DNA of 63,583 bases, counting the filler. It is 6 parts of 6 records of this genome, joined end to end, with 100 filler letters (N's around TTAATTAATTAA, not from the genome) between each part and the next. Parts side by side here need not be neighbours in the genome. Positions count along the whole stretch, not along the records: positions 26,790 to 46,696 come from SRR31156797_34340; 5 more parts are not named here. One strand, 5' to 3'. Below are positions 30,457 through 41,522 of the stretch, piece after piece. Below the pieces are notes generated by a model. That model searched no databases, was not told the DNA's origin, and was given only the letters and a program-made list of their open reading frames with translations. A program made the translations under genes and the position numbers. Within the stretch, counting starts at the first letter, position 1; every line of letters starts with the position of its first letter.

Positions 30457-32490
30457 TTAAAATCGTTCGAAGCCCTGATCCATCGGATCATTACCTTCAT
30501 TTATCGATGCCGGATGAGTTGAAGCTGCTATCTGCTTACAAGGAGTCTTTACAACCTTGCAGGTTTTGCTCGGTCCAACATAACAGCGCGAATCACTGGA
30601 ATCAGAAACCTTAAAAAAGGCCATCGTTTGCTGAAGACTCGTTGCTTGCCCTGCCAATTCTTCCGACGTTGCGGACATTTCTTCAGCGGCTGAAGCAATT
30701 TGCTGAATCACCAGATCAAGTTGACTAATAGCACGATTGACTGAATCGGCTCCAACATTCTGTTCATTGGTAGAAGCTGCGATTTCCTGCACCAACTCTG
30801 CCGTACGTTGAATATCCGGCACCATAGTGGAAAGCATGAAACCAGCAGATTCAGCAATTTCCACACTACCAGAGGAAAGCTCACTGATTTCTGCAGCAGC
30901 AACACCGGAGCGTTCTGCCAATTTGCGAACTTCGGCAGCCACTACCGCGAAGCCTTTACCATGCTCTCCCGCACGCGCAGCTTCGATGGCTGCATTCAAC
31001 GCCAACAAATTCGTCTGACGGGCAATATCTTCAATAATACTGATTTTATCTGCAATCTCACGCATAGCACGCACAGTTTGATCAACAGCCTTCCCTCCCT
31101 TTTCAGCACTGTCTGCCGAAGACAAGGCGATTCGCTCCGTCTCCTGTGCATTCTCTGCACTCTGACGAATATTCGCTGCCATCTGAGTCATGCTGGCTGA
31201 TATCTCCTCTACATTGGCAGCCTGCTCTGTAGCCCCTTGCGACAATGATTCTGCCGTAGAAGAAAGCTCATTTGAACCGCTGGTCACGTCATCCACTGCA
31301 CTACGCACGTTCACGACAACGGTTTTAAGATGATCGCCCATGCTACTCAAACTACGAGCCAAAGTCCCAATCTCATCCTGCTGCTGAATATTCAATCGTG
31401 CTGTAAGATCTCCGCCTGCGATATGTTGAGCAAACCCGACTCCATCAAGAATAGGACGAACGATACTCCCAGCAAGGAAAAAGATGACGGCTACAATAAT
31501 AACAATAGCACCAATATTCAGCCCTACACTCAACATGGTCAGCCTATTGGCATCAGCAAAAACTTTCGCTTCAGGAGCAGAAACAAGAAGTGCCCAATTT
31601 TGACCAGTTTTCCCTATAGCAATAGGAACACCAACAAATTCAGATAATTCACCGGTACTCGCAGCAATAAGCTCCTCTGAAAAAACCGTCCCGGATTCCA
31701 TAGAACGCATCAACCGATCCGCAAATCCAGAATCAACGACCTCTGTAACATTCTTGCCGATAAAATCCTTATTGGGATGAACAACGACCACACCATTGTC
31801 TGCGATTAAAACAGCGTATCCAGTTTCAAACGGTTTAATCGCTCCAACAATACGGGCAAGGTTATTCATCACCAGATCACTACCGGCTACACCAACGACT
31901 TCTCCCTTATAGCGAATGGGGACACAACCACTGACGAGAGTAACCATCTCTCCATCAGTATTATAGGTCGCCGGTTCTGTAAGGTATTCCCGTCCTGTAC
32001 GCAAAGGACGCTGGAAGTATTCGCCGCTGAAATCATTCATCCATGACAGCTTCTTTCCACCCTTGGTCGCATAAGGTGACAGCCGTCCCTCTTTTTGCAT
32101 ACCAGGCTGGCCAGCAAATTCACTATTCCGACCATCATAAAAATTCCGTTTCAAACCAAACCAGACTCCATCCACCTCCGAGTTGTTATCCCGTAAGTTC
32201 ATAACAACATCAATCAACACTTGGCGGTCTGGACGGGGTTCAGTATTAAGAAAAGTTTCAACCGTACTCGCAAGATCATGCCCTATTTCTGTAGTATGCT
32301 TGAGATCATTCTCCACGGAAGTACCATACCGAGCTGCAATCTCTTCAACATACGCCTTAGATGCCTTCCAAGAAATGTCACGAACGGATGATACAAGTAC
32401 GGAAAGAGAAACCGCCATCACAAAAATGACAGTCAGGACTACTGGAACAAGAATCTTGTTCCGCAAACTCAAAATTTTGTAAAACAACAT
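30457..32490 (-). CDS. Methyl-accepting chemotaxis protein (Cache-HAMP-signalling domains)
   Basis: Two TM segments; [27 protein letters not shown] signature. Confidence 0.95.
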   Translation of the reverse strand: MLFYKILSLRNKILVPVVLTVIFVMAVSLSVLVSSVRDISWKASKAYVEEIAARYGTSVENDLKHTTEIGHDLASTVETFLNTEPRPDRQVLIDVVMNLRDNNSEVDGVWFGLKRNFYDGRNSEFAGQPGMQKEGRLSPYATKGGKKLSWMNDFSGEYFQRPLRTGREYLTEPATYNTDGEMVTLVSGCVPIRYKGEVVGVAGSDLVMNNLARIVGAIKPFETGYAVLIADNGVVVVHPNKDFIGKNVTEVVDSGFADRLMRSMESGTVFSEELIAASTGELSEFVGVPIAIGKTGQNWALLVSAPEAKVFADANRLTMLSVGLNIGAIVIIVAVIFFLAGSIVRPILDGVGFAQHIAGGDLTARLNIQQQDEIGTLARSLSSMGDHLKTVVVNVRSAVDDVTSGSNELSSTAESLSQGATEQAANVEEISASMTQMAANIRQSAENAQETERIALSSADSAEKGGKAVDQTVRAMREIADKISIIEDIARQTNLLALNAAIEAARAGEHGKGFAVVAAEVRKLAERSGVAAAEISELSSGSVEIAESAGFMLSTMVPDIQRTAELVQEIAASTNEQNVGADSVNRAISQLDLVIQQIASAAEEMSATSEELAGQATSLQQTMAFFKVSDSSDSRCYVGPSKTCKVVKTPCKQIAASTHPASINEGNDPMDQGFERF

Positions 32491-32570
32491 ATAGTCATCC
32501 TTTTATACTTTTAAACTTTGAAAAACCATGTCATACAAAATGATCACGATCAAGCTTTGGAGTACGATTA

Positions 32571-33302
32571 ATGACTCATATTTTGGCATTCGGCGACAGT
32601 TTCTCAGATAATGGATATTGTAACGGCTGCGGATATAACAGACTCAGCAACGGCAAGGTCTGGGTTGAACACCTCGCTCAAATGCTGGGAGCTACTTTGG
32701 AAGACCGCGCGTGGTGCGGAGCAAAATCTGGTCAAGGCAATGCTTCCGGTCCGGAAGACTGGTCTGGTTTGGCCTGGCAAGTTGACACATACACTCCCTC
32801 AAGTTCTGAAAGAGATGTTCTCTGCACAATATTAATAGGCATTAACGATGTGTACGATGGGACAGGCAAAGCGGAAGAAATCGTGGCAAATACGGTCTCA
32901 GCCATGAGCACTCTTGAGGGGAAAGGCGTCAGTCATTTTCTAATTTCCAATATTCCCGATATAACCCTCGCACCAGCATATCGTAAGGAATACGCCCCAC
33001 TCAAAAAGACGGTCCAAGACCTCGTCAAAAATATCAATAGCCAACTCGACATGGCCATTTTAGGTCCACATGGATTTTGTAAACACCACCCCGACACAGC
33101 AGTGTATCCTTTGCTGAACACATACGCCCTCTTCAACGAGCTTGTTACAAGCAAGGAGTTCACAAACACCCGTGAACCCTGGAATGGCACGTATTCAAAT
33201 CCAAACACAACCGGTTATATGTGGTGGGACGACTGGCATCCGATGACTCAAACACACAAAACTCTCGCTCATGCAGCTCTCAAGATGCTTGAAACCGATT
33301 AA
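32571..33302 (+). CDS. SGNH/GDSL family hydrolase
   Basis: FGDSFSD, GIND and DDWHP blocks. Confidence 0.88.
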   Translation: MTHILAFGDSFSDNGYCNGCGYNRLSNGKVWVEHLAQMLGATLEDRAWCGAKSGQGNASGPEDWSGLAWQVDTYTPSSSERDVLCTILIGINDVYDGTGKAEEIVANTVSAMSTLEGKGVSHFLISNIPDITLAPAYRKEYAPLKKTVQDLVKNINSQLDMAILGPHGFCKHHPDTAVYPLLNTYALFNELVTSKEFTNTREPWNGTYSNPNTTGYMWWDDWHPMTQTHKTLAHAALKMLETD

Positions 33303-33447
33303 TATAAAAGATCTTAATCAGAGCCTTTCAATCTCTGTCCGAAAACAAAAATTCTAACATTCTCATTGAGCTTTCTTACTGGGACACAAAAAGGAATCGC
33401 GATTTAAGAAGACTATTTACAATAGCGTTTGCAAAAAGCCACAGGGG

Positions 33448-34425
33448 CTATGGAGCGGAACGATCATCATGCCGTATGGTGCACGGCGTAACGCACTTCT
33501 CTTTCATGTATCCTCCTTCGGGAACATCCAAAAAAGGAGGCAGCTGATGCGCAAAATGTTTCGGAATAAATCGAGATGGGAGACTGCTAACCATGGCTCC
33601 GAACAGAGCAACCACCCCACCCCAAAGAGCCATGCTCGGAGAAGTTTCTCCTAAAACAACATACCCGATGGCAGTGGCCAAAATCGGTATGGCATATTGA
33701 AAAACAACAATTCGAGAAATATTGCTCTTGGAAATACTGTAACACCACAAGGCATAAGGGGCAGCAGTTCCCAAAAAACCAAGATAAAAAGTACTCATAA
33801 GGGCACTTGGAGAAGCATCACCCAACTGTATGATCAAATCCGGCATGTAGACACAAAGTGAAAGGGCCCCGGCTATAAATGTATACGTCACATACTCGAC
33901 AGAGGTATACCTTTTAAGCATCTGTTTTTGAAAAATATTATATACACTATCAAAACATGATGCCATCAAGACAAAGAGGGCTCCTACATTCAAGGTCAGT
34001 CCATCCCCTTCTCCAAACGAGATAATACCGACACCTATCATGCTGATAATGATACCAAAAATATTTCTGCGCGTAATCCTCTCCTTAAGGAAAACTACGG
34101 CCAAAATCGTTGCGATAACCGGCACAGTACTCACAATAAAACTCGTCGACCCAACACTAATACGTTCCGCACCATGTAGAATCGCCAAATTAAACGCGAC
34201 GATACCTATTAAACCATGAAAGAAAAAAGTCGGGATATCTCGTAGTTGTGGCAGGCGAATTTTCTTTATTATTCCGAAAATGACCATACACGTCGCGGCG
34301 ATTGTAACCCGCAAAAGCGCTAAAGGTTCCGGATCAAAACTTGTCAGACTGATACGGAAGGCAACAAAACAACTGCTCCACAACGTAATGGCAAAGCCTA
34401 CAGAAAAGGGTGTACGATCAATCAC
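33448..34425 (-). CDS. DMT/EamA family transporter
   Basis: About 10 TM segments in two repeats; FLKERIT and VLGET motifs. Confidence 0.88.
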   Translation of the reverse strand: MIDRTPFSVGFAITLWSSCFVAFRISLTSFDPEPLALLRVTIAATCMVIFGIIKKIRLPQLRDIPTFFFHGLIGIVAFNLAILHGAERISVGSTSFIVSTVPVIATILAVVFLKERITRRNIFGIIISMIGVGIISFGEGDGLTLNVGALFVLMASCFDSVYNIFQKQMLKRYTSVEYVTYTFIAGALSLCVYMPDLIIQLGDASPSALMSTFYLGFLGTAAPYALWCYSISKSNISRIVVFQYAIPILATAIGYVVLGETSPSMALWGGVVALFGAMVSSLPSRFIPKHFAHQLPPFLDVPEGGYMKEKCVTPCTIRHDDRSAP

Positions 34426-34784
34426 TTATAACACTCATTTATTTAACCAAACTCACCAATATAATATATTGATCTCATAATTCTACTCCAAAAAAGGTTC
34501 TCATTCGGTCGATTGTTCAAGAACTTAACGACTTGATAATCGTGCCACATAAAACAATCGTGATCAATATTTAGATAGCGATTGATAAAATTATTTTTGA
34601 ACTTAATGACAACTATTCTGACAAGTGTCGACAATTGCGGCACAATTGATCGGTAATAGCTAGATATGACAGGAAATTCACGCCGATATACAGCTGTAAA
34701 ATACTCTTTTACAACCCATTAAGCGCCTTTATTGTCGAACAAAAAATGAAACGCCCAGCCCCCCCTCTTCGTCTCCACAAAATC

Positions 34785-34831
34785 CAAGGGCTGTACCTGA
34801 TGCCCTCTCTAGTCATCTGGTACAGCCCTTG
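34785..34831 (-). terminator. Stem-loop downstream of fdh
   Basis: CAAGGGCTGTACC...GGTACAGCCCTTG, 13-bp stem. Confidence 0.55.
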
Positions 34832-34913
34832 CTCAGTAGGCCGTCACCCCATATACTTCGGCCTGTTATGCCCCCTGTCTTGAATATGCTTATGCGTAGA
34901 CAGATTTACGTCT

Positions 34914-37676
34914 TCAACGCGCAGGATAATCAATTCTGACAGAACACGCCTTGTATTCGGCTGTGTCCGAAATCGGATCTGCGGCTGAGTTTGTAAGCCA
35001 GTTCGAGTTGTTTTTGTAAAAATGAAAAGCCATCCAAACCATTCCTCTAGGGACTTCATCCGTCACACGCGCTCGAACGGTAATGGTACCGCGCCTTGAG
35101 GTGAGCTGAATCATTTCCCCTGTCTCAAATCCTAGAATCTTTGCATCTTCAGGCGCAATATCGACTATCTCTTCACTGAGCAATTCGTTGAGGCCAACTG
35201 CGTTGGCCGTCTGCGAACTGCAATTGTAATGATAAAGTCTTCTGCCTGTGCTCAGAATGAAAGGATACTCCTTGTCTGGCGTTTCCGCAGAAGGTGTCCA
35301 ATCAATGGCTTGAAAGTGGGCTTTCCCCTGTTTGAATTTGACGTCACGGAACAAATGAGGCGTATCCTTAAACAAATGAGGAGTGCCGGGGTGCAAGGAA
35401 TGAGGAACCGGCCACTGCAATGATTCATTTTCCAATCGATCATAGGTAATTCCATTCAGCATCGAGCACTGTGGAGCCATTTCATTATCCCAGATATCCT
35501 GAGCACTGGAGGATTCCCAAGTGTCTCCCATCCGCTTTGCCAGTTCACGAAAAATCCACCAATTGGGTCGAGCTTCACCAGGAGGAGGAGAAACCTTACG
35601 AACACGATTTACCCGACGTTCCGTATTGATAAATGTCCCATCATCTTCACTCCAGGCAGCAGATGGAAGGACCACATCCGCATATTCGGTCGTCTTTGTG
35701 GGGAAAATGTCGTTACACACCATAAACTCGGCAGACGAGAGACACCCGTGGACATGGTGCATATCAGGCTCGGTTGTTGCCGGATCTTCACCAAAGACAT
35801 AAAATCCACGGACTTTTTTCGTTTTCAGGCCTTCGAGCATGGCAGGAAGCCGCAATCCCTCATAGCCAAGGAGATTGCCAACATTCCACGCCTTCTGGAA
35901 CTTCTTGCGAGCAGCCGGGTTATGCACCTTCTCATAGCCGGGGAAGGAGTCCGGCAATGCTCCGGCATCACATGCGCCCTGAACATTGTTTTGCCCCCGC
36001 AAGGGGTTAACGCCCCCACCGGGTATACCAATGTTCCCAAGCAACAATTGCAGATTTGCACAGCTGAACACATTATGAACACCAGAGGTATGCTCCGTAA
36101 TACCAAGCGTATATATAAGCATTGCCGGTTTCGATTCAGCTAATAACCGTGCGAGATCGACGACTTGTTCAGCTGGCACTCCAGTGACCTTTTCGGCCTC
36201 CTCGGGAGTGTACCTGAGTACGGTTTCCTCAAGCTCATCAAAACCATCAACCCACTGCTCTACGTAATCTTTGTCATACAGATTTTCCGTGATCAAAACA
36301 TTCATTATGGAGTTGATCAGCGCGACATCAGAGCCTACTTTCAGCCGCAAGTGCATATTCGCCCACTCTGTAAGCTTGGTTGCCCGAGGGTCCACGACAA
36401 CCAGTTTTGCACCTTTTTGCACGGCATTATGCACAAACGTCGCAACCACTGGATGGGCTACGGTCATGTTCGAGCCGATAACGAGTATTGTGCTCGCCTT
36501 TTCGATATCTTCAAAGTTATTGGACATTGCACCGGAACCAAGCATTGTCGTCAGACCGACGACCGATGGAGCGTGTCAGGTTCGTGCGCAATGGTCGATA
36601 TTATTGGTGCCGATGGTTGCCCTGAAAAGCTTCTGCATGTTGTATGAATCTTCGGTAATGCTTCGAGCACAACTCAAACCAGCAATGGCATCCGGCCCGT
36701 ATTCGTCACGAATCTCCATAAATTTGGACGCTACAAGATCGAGAGCCTCGTCCCATGACGCCTCCCTAAATTCTCCATTCTCCTTGATAAGCGGTGCTGT
36801 CAGTCGATTTTTGGAATAGATAAAATCATATCCAAAGCGGCCCTTCACACACAATCGTCCCTTATTGGGCTCAATATTCTCATCGGCTGTGACTTTAATG
36901 ATCTTTTCGTCTTTAACGTGAAGGATCAACTGACAACCAGTCCCGCAATATGGACATGTCGTCTGGACTTTTTTGACTTTTTTTTTGGTTATCCCAAGTG
37001 CTTTCTTGTCGAAAAGAGCCCCAACAGGACACGCTTCAATGCATTGCCCACAATGGGTGCATTTCTCCATGTCAACAGAAGGATGCCACGTTCCATTAAA
37101 AGAATGGCGGGAAATAGCGCTCTGCCCAATGTCCTGACAAGTCGCGATGCATTGACCGCATTTGATACAACGACTGTAATCTCGAGCAATAAACGGAGAA
37201 CGATTGTCAACAACCGGCGTTTCAATTTCCAAGGGAACATCCCTGACAGGCACCTTGTGCTTCCCTGCCATTTTTTGAAGAACACATGCTCCTTTTGCCG
37301 GGCATTCATGATCGTGCCATTCCAAATCCCTGGCTTCAAGATGGCCGGGTGCGCATTTCCCTTCCGGCAGCTTGGCTGTAAAACAGTTGTGCGCCCCAGT
37401 AGAAAAGATGGACGTCAATTTGCTTTTTCGCGCCTCAAAAACTTTGGGAGACTCAGTTGTAATATTCAACCCTTCCACGGCAAGCGTTGTCGATGTAGAT
37501 ATCAACTCTCCCGTATCGACATTCTCGGCGACACTGAGTTCACAACTGTCGTCGCAATAACAGGTCTCGCTTTGGCACAATGTCGGGATGCTGATACCTG
37601 CTTGAGATGCAGCATCCAAAAGCGTCTGATTCTCTCTAAATTCCACTTTCTTATTGTTAATAATAACGTGTCGCAT
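34914..37676 (-). CDS. fdhF: Selenocysteine-containing cytoplasmic formate dehydrogenase alpha subunit (about 920 aa; in-frame UGA at 36576-36578 read as Sec)
   Basis: ORFs 36576-37676 and 34914-36545 are in the same frame, giving DHCART-U-HAPSVVGL; Fe-S motifs CIKCGQCIATC, CTHCGQCIEACP and CPYCGTGC; LRGQNNVQGACD; SECIS present; no Tat signal. Confidence 0.93.
36547..36563 (-). promoter_or_regulatory. Bacterial SECIS element
   Basis: GUCGUC-GGUCU-GACGAC hairpin starting 12 nt after the UGA, like the E. coli fdhF SECIS. Confidence 0.85.
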
Positions 37677-37734
37677 TGGATATCCTTTCTATTATCTGAG
37701 TAAAATTAATCAGTTTTAAACTCTTTGTGCCCGG

Positions 37735-38253
37735 CTAAGACGCATGCTTTTTAAAAGCTGAAAAAAACATTTCCATGCAGTACTTCGAGCAAAAATCGAA
37801 ACTTTCATCGATTCCACCTCCTGCGGGGACCTTGGTGAAACTCTGCGCTTCATCGTCCACAGCGTTGAAACGCCTTCCACACTGATCACAAATTTTTATG
37901 TTGCTTGTAATAAAGGCACTGACACAATTTTCAGAACACAATGGGATGTCCCCTTGAGTCTCACCGTAAATACGCCTGCCACAGACATGACAAAAGACAG
38001 CTTCATCAGGCGCAGAGTTCAAGGCCCCACCGCATAAAGGGCAGAAATTTGAAGGTCTGGATTCCATCGTATGATGGCAGTGCGGACAACTTGAACGCAA
38101 AGCTGTTTTACACTGAGGGCAAACAGAGGGGGCTGTCGAATCTTCCACCTCAATTGAAAAAACATTGAAATACGACGCTGGCTCGTGCTTCGTATTCAAA
38201 TGAGGACAACGAGGGTTAGGGCAATACATATAAGTCGAGTGGTCTTTTTCCAT
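37735..38253 (-). CDS. Cys-rich zinc-ribbon / TRASH-like protein (16 Cys)
   Basis: Eight Cys pairs, including CxxC...LCSENC and CxxC...FCSKYC. Confidence 0.75.
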   Translation of the reverse strand: MEKDHSTYMYCPNPRCPHLNTKHEPASYFNVFSIEVEDSTAPSVCPQCKTALRSSCPHCHHTMESRPSNFCPLCGGALNSAPDEAVFCHVCGRRIYGETQGDIPLCSENCVSAFITSNIKICDQCGRRFNAVDDEAQSFTKVPAGGGIDESFDFCSKYCMEMFFSAFKKHAS

Positions 38254-38282
38254 GGCATAACTAATCTTTCTAAGAGTTGATG

Positions 38283-38323
38283 AAAAAGGCTGGAGGTGAA
38301 TGAGGCGATTAACCTCCAGCCTT
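38283..38323 (-). terminator. Intrinsic terminator or attenuator after the UT-family gene
   Basis: AAGGCTGGAGGT...ACCTCCAGCCTT followed by a T-run on the minus strand. Confidence 0.7.
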
Positions 38324-38390
38324 CATAAAAGCCGATCGATACCTTTGGTGCAGCGAGATGCTGTTCACCCCAAAACTACTTTCTCCAAAG

Positions 38391-39383
38391 CTAAGGGTGT
38401 TTCAGATTGCTTTCGGGCGTACCAAGCATCTCCGCAGGAACCGCGGCTATATGACCAAAACCTTTACTCGCGAACATGAACATCCAGGTGACCATGACAA
38501 ATGGCCACGTCAACGACGGCATACCGATGGGAGCAAGGAGTACACTTATGGATGCCTGGGCTATGGAGCCGACAACCATGCAGAATGTTGCATAGAGAAA
38601 TGTTTTCCAATTGAGGTAATAAAAAAGCCCGCCCAGTGCGATGGCACACAGCACCGAGTTGTAGCCATACAATCCAAGACGAAGCGGCGCTTCAGGAGAC
38701 TGCATAATCAAAGCGGTCAACAGGCCAATTAAAGAGCCAAAAATCGCAAAGAATGCGGATATTCTGGAATTAATGAGAATGGCTATGACAAAAATAATTC
38801 CGGTAACGATGCTGTCCTCGAACATGACTTCGCCTATGCCCTTGGTTACACCTTCCATAAATGTCATAGCTGAGATTTTACCAACCACAATCGAAGTGTG
38901 CGGATCAGGGATTGAAGTTGCCAACAATGTTCCAGCCTCCAGAAGACCAAACTTGGAGGCACAGAACATGAGAATCCAGGTGGCGAAGACAAAAGGGGCT
39001 GTCAGAGCAGGCATGCCCCACTTGCCCAGAAAATTGATAAGCGCACTCATGATAATAGTGCTCAAAGCGGCGTTGATAACCACGTAAAACAATAATTCGG
39101 GGCTACAAATAAAATAAAAAGGCAGTGCGATACCCGCGAGTGTTCCGTTAAATCCGAACAACCCGGCCTTGATAAGACCTTTGTCCGCGCCAAGCGCTAT
39201 GGCCGTCAAAGTTGATGCGGCAGTCCCCAGAACAGCACAAGCACCTAATTCCCATGAATTATAGAATATTCCTATAAAAAATATAAAACCGGTCACGGGG
39301 TTGTTCTGGAACATGACCTGCCCACATCCGCGCAGGCATGCGTCTACAAATTGAAATAGCGGATTGTTTTTTGGCGCTTCCAT
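38391..39383 (-). CDS. UT-family urea/amide channel
   Basis: Duplicated signatures [12 protein letters not shown] / [19 protein letters not shown] / [15 protein letters not shown] / PSLTWPFV. Confidence 0.92.
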   Translation of the reverse strand: MEAPKNNPLFQFVDACLRGCGQVMFQNNPVTGFIFFIGIFYNSWELGACAVLGTAASTLTAIALGADKGLIKAGLFGFNGTLAGIALPFYFICSPELLFYVVINAALSTIIMSALINFLGKWGMPALTAPFVFATWILMFCASKFGLLEAGTLLATSIPDPHTSIVVGKISAMTFMEGVTKGIGEVMFEDSIVTGIIFVIAILINSRISAFFAIFGSLIGLLTALIMQSPEAPLRLGLYGYNSVLCAIALGGLFYYLNWKTFLYATFCMVVGSIAQASISVLLAPIGMPSLTWPFVMVTWMFMFASKGFGHIAAVPAEMLGTPESNLKHP

Positions 39384-39423
39384 GATCGTTACATCTCCTT
39401 AAATGGTAATGGGCGGGTGGCGT

Positions 39424-39657
39424 TTATACCGTTTGAGCTTCCAGTTCCTTTTTGAGTTTGTCGCGCTCCTGAGATTTATGCATGGCGCTCATCATGTTTT
39501 TCATCCAATGATCAGCATGACGATACGATGTAAGAGAAATGTATCTGCGCGTATCAGCTGAGCCACAATGAACGCAGGGAATTATCTCATCGCTTGAGTG
39601 AGCAAGTGTCTCAAAATCTGTGTCGCAGCCGTTACAATGCAGTTCATAAATTGGCAT
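39424..39657 (-). CDS. FmdB family zinc-ribbon regulatory protein
   Basis: MPIYELHCNGC...FE...CVHCGS motif. Confidence 0.88.
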   Translation of the reverse strand: MPIYELHCNGCDTDFETLAHSSDEIIPCVHCGSADTRRYISLTSYRHADHWMKNMMSAMHKSQERDKLKKELEAQTV

Positions 39658-39691
39658 AGTCTTCTCCGTGAAAAGGTTGTGGCCTTTTCAT

Positions 39692-39707
39692 TGCGACAAC
39701 CATACCA
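39692..39707 (-). promoter_or_regulatory. Sigma54 (-24/-12) promoter of the fmdB-UT unit
   Basis: TGGTATG-GTTG-TCGCA on the minus strand. Confidence 0.75.
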
Positions 39708-39782
39708 ACTTCAGGAAAATCGGTAACCGTCTGTTTATTAAAAATAAATTTCTAAAATTATGATAATATTCAAAGGGAAGGG

Positions 39783-39883
39783 GTACAATAAAGATTGTTG
39801 TTTTATAGACCCAAAAGAATGAAATGCGAGCCATAAGGGCTGAGGCCTTACAACAAAATCGGTGGCTACAATATAACTTGTAG
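39783..39883. promoter_or_regulatory. Putative enhancer (UAS) array, CTACAA-N6-TTGTAG
   Basis: Perfect copy at 39866-39883, abutting degenerate copy at 39848-39865, single degenerate copy at 39783-39800. Confidence 0.75.
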
Positions 39884-40060
39884 GAGTTGCTTTGCCGTAA
39901 TCAACAACGTGCATTGAACAATCGCAGGAGACGCTTTAGAGGACAAAAAAACGCCAGAGTAACACCACAATAGAGGGGTTACCCTGACGCATAAAAAAAA
40001 ATTCTATTCTTTAAAGGTTAGGCAAAAAGCCTCAATGTTCTCGATGAGGAAGAAGCGTCG

Positions 40061-41494
40061 CTAACTATTCATCTTCTTTAATTTCAGACTCAATGACTGT
40101 TGTGAAATACCGAGTATTCGCGCTGCGGCACTCTGATTCCCGCCCGACCGTTCCATGGCTGTATTTATAAGTGTCGTGGATATCTTTGAGACAACTTCCT
40201 TAAGCGGGGGAAGACTTTCCGGCGGAAAATTCACAGTGTCCCATGAAGCGGTCTCTTCAACATGAGGGACCACTCCCCCAAGTGAATCTTCGCTCTGAAT
40301 ATGATTCTTGAAACTGGCGGAAGACAGCATGCGTGAACAATGCTGGCTCACGGCATCGCTTGCCATGGCTTTCAACTCTCGGACATTCCCGGGGAATGAG
40401 TATGTCCGTAAAAAATTCAGAAGTTCAGGGTGATATGCAGGCTTCTTCTTGCCTTGCTCAGTTGCTTCACATTCCAAGAAATAATCCAAAAGCAGGGAGA
40501 TATCATCAAGCCTTTCGCGCAATGGAGGGAGCGTAACCTGATGGCCGACAAGTCTATAGTAGAGATCTTCCCTGAACTTCCCTTCTTGTTTCAAGGTGGA
40601 CAAATTCTTCAGTGTTGATGTCACGACACGAACATTGGCCTTTTTCGGAAGGTCAGAACCAACCGGGAAATATTCTTGCTCCTGCAACAATCGCAAAAGT
40701 TTCACCTGCGAACTCAGGCTCAGGTCTCCAATTTCATCAAGAAACAGGGTGCCTCCATTGGCCTGCTCGACCAACCCTTTGCGCGCCTTATCTGCGCCGG
40801 TAAATGCCCCACGCACATGACCAAATAAAGAATCCGCAAAAACCGGATCATCAAATGCAGCCACATTCACTGCCACAAATTCTCCGCAGCGCATGCTCAG
40901 ATGATGAATGGCTTGAGCAATCAACTCCTTGCCTGTTCCGGTTTCCCCTGTAATCAAAATGGGATTCTGACTACCAGCCACCGCTTCACAATATTTGAAA
41001 ATAGAAAGCATTTTGGAGTTTTGCGTAAGAATCTTTGAAAACATTTCCGGGTGTTTCAATTTCGTTTCAAGAATTTGTTCACGCAGTCTGGCATTTTCCT
41101 GCTCCATGTCCTTGAATTCAAGAGTACTTCGTACCCGTTTTGCCAGTTCAGTCTTATCTACGGGTTTGAATAGATAATCTCTGGCCCCGTCCCTCATACA
41201 TTGGATCACTGATTTCCCATCGCTGACAGCTGAAACAATAATAATTGGAAGCCATGGATACTTTTCCTTGATCATCTTTAGTAGAGCAGGCCCCCCGATG
41301 TGAGGCATCACCAAATCAAGTAAAACAAGGCTAAATTGTTGTTTTTCCATTAACGACATAACTTTTCTACTGTCTTCACAGGTGATTACATTTGAGTAAC
41401 CAGATGCATACAAAGCTATTTCAAAACTTTGCAACGCTGATTTCTCGTCGTCAACAACAAGAATAGGATGTGAAGGGCACAAATGATTTTCCAT
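40061..41494 (-). CDS. Sigma54-dependent response regulator (NtrC family)
   Basis: Receiver domain, Walker A GETGTGKE, GAFTGA, FPGNVREL, Fis-type HTH. Confidence 0.95.
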   Translation of the reverse strand: MENHLCPSHPILVVDDEKSALQSFEIALYASGYSNVITCEDSRKVMSLMEKQQFSLVLLDLVMPHIGGPALLKMIKEKYPWLPIIIVSAVSDGKSVIQCMRDGARDYLFKPVDKTELAKRVRSTLEFKDMEQENARLREQILETKLKHPEMFSKILTQNSKMLSIFKYCEAVAGSQNPILITGETGTGKELIAQAIHHLSMRCGEFVAVNVAAFDDPVFADSLFGHVRGAFTGADKARKGLVEQANGGTLFLDEIGDLSLSSQVKLLRLLQEQEYFPVGSDLPKKANVRVVTSTLKNLSTLKQEGKFREDLYYRLVGHQVTLPPLRERLDDISLLLDYFLECEATEQGKKKPAYHPELLNFLRTYSFPGNVRELKAMASDAVSQHCSRMLSSASFKNHIQSEDSLGGVVPHVEETASWDTVNFPPESLPPLKEVVSKISTTLINTAMERSGGNQSAAARILGISQQSLSLKLKKMNS

Positions 41495-41522
41495 AACTCA
41501 CCTCATTTACGATCTATTGTAA

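Noticed and set aside
34530-34546. TGGCACG on the minus strand upstream of the DMT gene as a sigma54 promoter
   Set aside because: The -12 GC is missing (TGGCACGATTATCAAG) and I saw no CTACAA-N6-TTGTAG site nearby.
36576-36578. fdh as a pseudogene or as two genes
   Set aside because: The UGA is at the Sec position and is followed by a SECIS hairpin.
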